Positions 59,295 to 64,000 of a DNA stretch of 64,000 nucleotides are shown here, piece by piece. Each line of letters begins with the position of its first letter. The stretch's first letter is position 1. The stretch covers positions 32,240,001 to 32,304,000 of the forward strand of contig OZ281495.1 of NCBI GenBank assembly GCA_965637545.1. The letters run 5' to 3'. The position numbers and the translations under genes were made by a program. The notes under the pieces are model-generated. The model worked only from the letters and a program-made list of their open reading frames with translations, was not told where the DNA came from and ran no database searches. Source of the stretch: Phallusia mammillata (taxonomy: Eukaryota).

Positions 59295-62200
59295 GTCTAG
59301 ACTCTTAGAATAACAATTTCCTGTGGGCCTTGTCAAAACGCTGTAGCTGCAAGCTGTTAACCTTTTTACCAGTTGTTCCTCTGCTTTTGAGCGCTACATA
59401 GCCTAACGTTCTTACGCTACATAGCTATTCCAATCTTAGCGCTTTTGTTCAGTTGAATTAGCTTCTACACTTTTGATCAAGTAAAAAAATACAATAAACA
59501 CCTTAATATCGAATACCTAACAGCATAACATCGAACACTATACAATTGCTTACAGGAGCCAGAACACAAAAAACTCGATTGGAACCGAGCGTTCCCTAAG
59601 CAATAGCCCTTAAGCTAATTCTAATTGCGTTAGCATTGAACGAACGGTAGGGTAAAAAGCGCGCGAGATTACAGTTCCCACCTTCCGGTCCACACAGCTT
59701 GATGGATTGGCCGCATTGAAACCTGCGGCGGGTCAAATTTCATTTTCTCAATGGCGGTGCACGCAAAAATTTCCATCTAAGCTGTGCAATTGCTCGCGCA
59801 TTCTCAGCATGCAAGACAATCTATACTGCACATGAACTGCTGGTGTATGGCCACAGCGTGCACATCTATTGTTGCTCACAGTGGCCCTCGGTGTACTTAG
59901 GAAGCTTGTGTGTATGCCAAGACACAAGAAAATCTATAAATAAACAAAAATGTGGCCCTTCCGCATACGTCGACTTGATATAATGAAAACTGCTAGAAGA
60001 GCCACTTATTTGTCAATGAAACAAAATCTATGCTGCACATAAACTGGTGTGTGACCACAGCGTAAATGTTGCTTACAAGTCCGCAGTGTACTCAGGAAGC
60101 TTGTGTATTTGCCCAAACACATGTAAGGTCAAAAGAACATTACTTGTTCGTTATGTTTTACAATTTGAGAAAGGGATTAGGGTGCTGCTCTTCATAGCAT
60201 GGGAAAGTGCTTGACATCTTTCACACAAACATTTCATAAATGATCAACTCGAGATTTAAACAAAAGTATGTCACGACATTTATCAAATTGAATAAACTTC
60301 CTTAAACTATGTTGCTGTCGAATTTCCAAGCCCGTACAACGTGAACATAAGCACACTGAGAAAGTTATGTATTTTTAAATTAATTTCTCTTTGATAAACG
60401 GTTAGTCCTTTTAGTTTTTTTAGCGGTCCGTCAAAGTCCGTAACTTCACAGTCACAAAACACAAATTAATCCTCTCTAGCAGTGTTCGGCAACCGCCGGA
60501 CCGCGACGAGTTCGTTACCGGGCCTTAAAATGTTCAGGTTAAATGCTTTGAAACATTTTGCCCAAATATCCCTGGCATGATAAACTAATTTATGCGTTTT
60601 TATTCCTAGATACTTGTAGTTTTTTGAAGGCCGGTCCGCAATAGGAAAAGGTTGCCGACCCCTGCTCTACAGCACAATCAACGTGAATCTTTAAAACACG
60701 GAGTTCCCAGGAATAATATTCGTTTGATTAGCGGTAAAAGCCGTTTCAACGATTTTATGTCGTTCCAACTTTATTATATTTCTAGGTACTAATGCATTAT
60801 TAAATGCGACCGAGCTTTTTTTCCGTAAGCTTTAGTAACAAAGGCTTGCAACAAAATAAAAAACGTTTCAATATTTTAGTCAACAGTTTTTTTTCTTTTT
60901 TGCGCTTTTAAAAGCCAGCTTTTTCAACTATAAGTCTTGTTGACCATTCTAACCTGTACAGATTTGCCAAGAGTTGCAAAAAACTTTTTTAAAAAACACT
61001 GCCAATAAAATGACTGAATTGTTTTAGTGATTATCTGGTAGTTATAGGTTCTAATCCCAGCTTAGGTGGTTTGTTTGTTACCTTTAAAGGCATATTACCT
61101 CATGCTATTGGATTTATATGGGATGTACAAATTGACACCACAGAAACTTGATAAAAGTACAAAACTCTTTAAAGAACTGAAGTTTTGAAACAAACAAACA
61201 AACAATGACTAAAGAATCTTAGGCTCCTGTCCTTCCAATTTTCCAGCCGCTACAATCTGACAAAACGCTTTCAGTGCTAACTTGCTTGTTGCGTAACAGA
61301 GGTCGTTGTTAGAAGACAAAGCGGCAAACTACTTGCTGCAGAGTTTGTGTTAGCAAATTACCGAGCGTTATTATCGATCCGGTGCACGGCAAGAAGCTTT
61401 TTTCCTAAGCGACACGGCTTGAGGTCTATCGATTGAAGCGAGAGCGTTGTTACAAATTACAGTTTTCAACAGTTAAACCCCCCTAACCCTCCGTGCTAAG
61501 TAGATTTAATTTCTACGAGTGTTTTAAAGTTGCCAATGTCTGGAACATACTTAAAATTGGTGCCATGTTAATCCCGAAATTGGACCAAAAGTGGGATTTA
61601 ACAAAGTGAAACTGCAACACAACTTATCGGAGTTTAAGTCAGGCTGGAATTAAAAACATTATTTTCAAACCTAAACATGGCCAAATTAATACAGAGTTGA
61701 TTATTTATCGAAATGCTATAAAACAAAACCTATAGTTTTACATACAGCGCTAATGCCGAAAAAAGTTAGAAGTTATAGTAGAGAATCGGGCGACTATCAA
61801 ATCAAACCAATGTCCTGAAGTACAAAATGATGTAATTTTTGCTTCACAATCCTCAGATTAGGAATTTTTCGTACATATGTTTTACAATTTTTACAGACAA
61901 AACCGTGGAAATTAGTGAATCGAGATTCCGCAGTAATTATTCACGCTTGTATAAAATCTGTTGCTTTAATCCGCGTATCGATGTGTGATGCGTTACTGCT
62001 GCACATGACCTTCCGATAAGTCAATAATCTTTACTTCTTAACGATTTTACATTGCGCAGCTATTTCCGAATTAGTTGATGCATTTCAACCAGCCAACAAC
62101 AAAAAACTCTTTAAAACACAATGACTACAGCGAATCACCAGTAAATGCGCATAAAACAACAGCAGAGCTAATTGTACTGAATCTACATTTCAAAATAACA

Positions 62201-63317
62201 ACACAAAATATCATTCTATATTACTTTCTACGTCATAATACAATTTGTTGCTTCACAAGAAACACACCCACTAGGGACTACAAACAAAACAATCATTGTG
62301 ACGTCTCAGTTGATTTGTCTGTTGAGTCACAAGGGGATTGCTGCTACACCGGCTGGAATGATTAAATTTCTGGTAAGGAAATTGCATTGTTGAATCACAA
62401 CAATCCATAACAATCATGTTTGTTTGAAAACAAACCAATACATGACAAATAAAACCCATTGATGATTCATAAAACAATTTTACGTCACAAACAGGAAGCC
62501 ATGCCTCACATACGTTGCAAGCAGAGTTAGAATTGTGAACAGACTCAAATTCTATGTTTACAATTTTAGTTTAATGGTCAAAATCGTTGATAGTTTTCTG
62601 TACTTGATCACATACTGTGGGCTTCTATACAACCCAGTACAAAGTTATATAAAGCTATTTGATGACATTTATTGATGCAACGACCTGTTAGGTCAATTAT
62701 TTATGCATAAATAATGTCAAGTGGTTTGACATATTCAAATGACAAACATACAGCAGTTGTTTGTGTTTCATTATATAGCAGTTTATAGGAACATTTCCAA
62801 GTCAACTATAGCCTACACTATCTTATGGGTTTAGATTACTGGCACCCGTAAAACTTACTTTTTTATGAACATTTAAGCTTCTAACTTCTTTGTCTCAGTC
62901 TAACTCTAACCTATCGCTGCCAAAATTATACGTCACAGAGAGCAATTATTACTTTGCCCACAGCTCAGTGATGTCATAATGAAAATAGTGGCACAGAGAA
63001 TAAAGTGACCATCGCTGTCCCATTTGTTGCGTATGAACCGTGCCCTAGATTCAAAACAAATACTTTGCGAGCGGTTGGAAATCGTTTTGTCGAAAATTTT
63101 ACGGTCAGTGATGCTTTTGTTTGCAATCTCGTTCTACATTAAGTCGTTAACATTTGTGGCGGCTACTGTGAATGCTCTAAATGCGACTAATGTAGTTAAA
63201 AACTGTAAACCTGAACAGGCGTTTCGTCCACCAGGTTGCATATTTTAACAATTTTCTCGTTCAACTGGTGTAATACTAAACAAAATACTAGTTGTTTTCC
63301 AAGAACTTGCAATGTTG

Positions 63318-63357
63318 CTGATGTTTCGCCCACCAGAACGGTAGGGCTTCTTCATTG
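63318..63357 (-). ncRNA. Degenerate hammerhead motif (possible fifth family)
   Basis: AUGAAGA A GCCC-U-ACC-guucu-GGU-GGGC GAAAC AUC: strong stem II, C3 mutated; a partial echo (ggtggacgaaacgc) lies at 63219-63232. Confidence 0.45.
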
Positions 63358-64000
63358 CTGTGAAAGTTACAAGTTCTTAAACTACAACGAGTATTGTTGT
63401 TTAACATCACACCAGTTAAATGACAAATTTGTTACACTCCAAACCTATTGACAGAATACAAGTCTACGACAAAGTTACATGCACGAAGCCCTAACTTTAT
63501 TCCAAGTTAGCTTTATTTTATTTCACAAAGCAGCGCATTGGCCCAATTGACTGGCTATAACATAATTTTCAAGCTATAACATAATTTCCTCTTAAATGCC
63601 AATCATGCTTACTCAGTTCGGTTATGGTTCTCTGGTTCACCGGAAGTGACGCTGCGCACACAACCGGCTGAGTCACGTGAGCATGAAACCAGATCTGCAT
63701 TTCAGAGCAATACAAAAAAACAAACAATAAACTTGTTAATTTGGTGTCATTATTTGGTTGTACAGTAAATCTATTAAATTATTCGTCTTGTAAGTTTAGG
63801 GTTGTTCTTTTCGTGCCAAATAAGTATATAGGTGTGATATAGACGCTAGGATTTCAGGTCCACAGCTAACACTTCCTGTGATATTTGTGCTAAATTTACA
63901 GTCATGTCATTATTTGCACAACAAACAAATTTCGATACCATACAGCACAACGATATGAATACATTCGATCACATTGTTGTGCAGCATCGCAGTGACTTGA

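Noticed and set aside
59540-59800. GC-richer segment resembling a structured ncRNA or promoter
   Set aside because: No recognisable snRNA, SRP or RNase P motif; cannot be supported without a search.
60700-64000. Additional gene at the right end
   Set aside because: The short ORFs (62075, 62271, 63024, 63236) have no motifs or consistent splice phases; a CCGGAAGTG / GTCACGTGA promoter-like patch at 63640-63680 may belong to a gene outside the window.

Overview
AT-rich, intron-dense eukaryotic (invertebrate animal) DNA. An ascidian/tunicate origin is my guess from style only and is not proven. I reconstructed three spliced genes by hand from GT-AG junctions with consistent phases. (1) A LOXHD1-like gene on + (54 coding exons, 3576-39950, about 2520 aa, 17 PLAT repeats) with a Pro/Ser-rich N-terminal extension and a phase-compatible alternative acidic terminal exon. 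(2) An arylsulfatase B/I/J-like gene on + (10 exons, 43613-50494, about 537 aa, CSPSR motif). (3) A single-pass receptor on - (10 exons, 58425-52091, about 437 aa: signal peptide, Cys-less Ig-like, CCP/sushi-like, EGF-like repeats, TM, short basic tail). Introns and intergenic DNA carry hAT-type MITEs with 8-bp TSDs, a tRNA-derived SINE and minisatellites. The most striking signal is at least four sequence-distinct hammerhead ribozyme families (CUGANGA...GAAA core), mostly in inverted pairs. Two of them sit in Penelope-like insertions with 13-bp TSDs, one of which retains a GIY-YIG endonuclease fragment. The clearly intact hammerheads are intergenic or antisense to host genes, while sense intronic copies carry core lesions.
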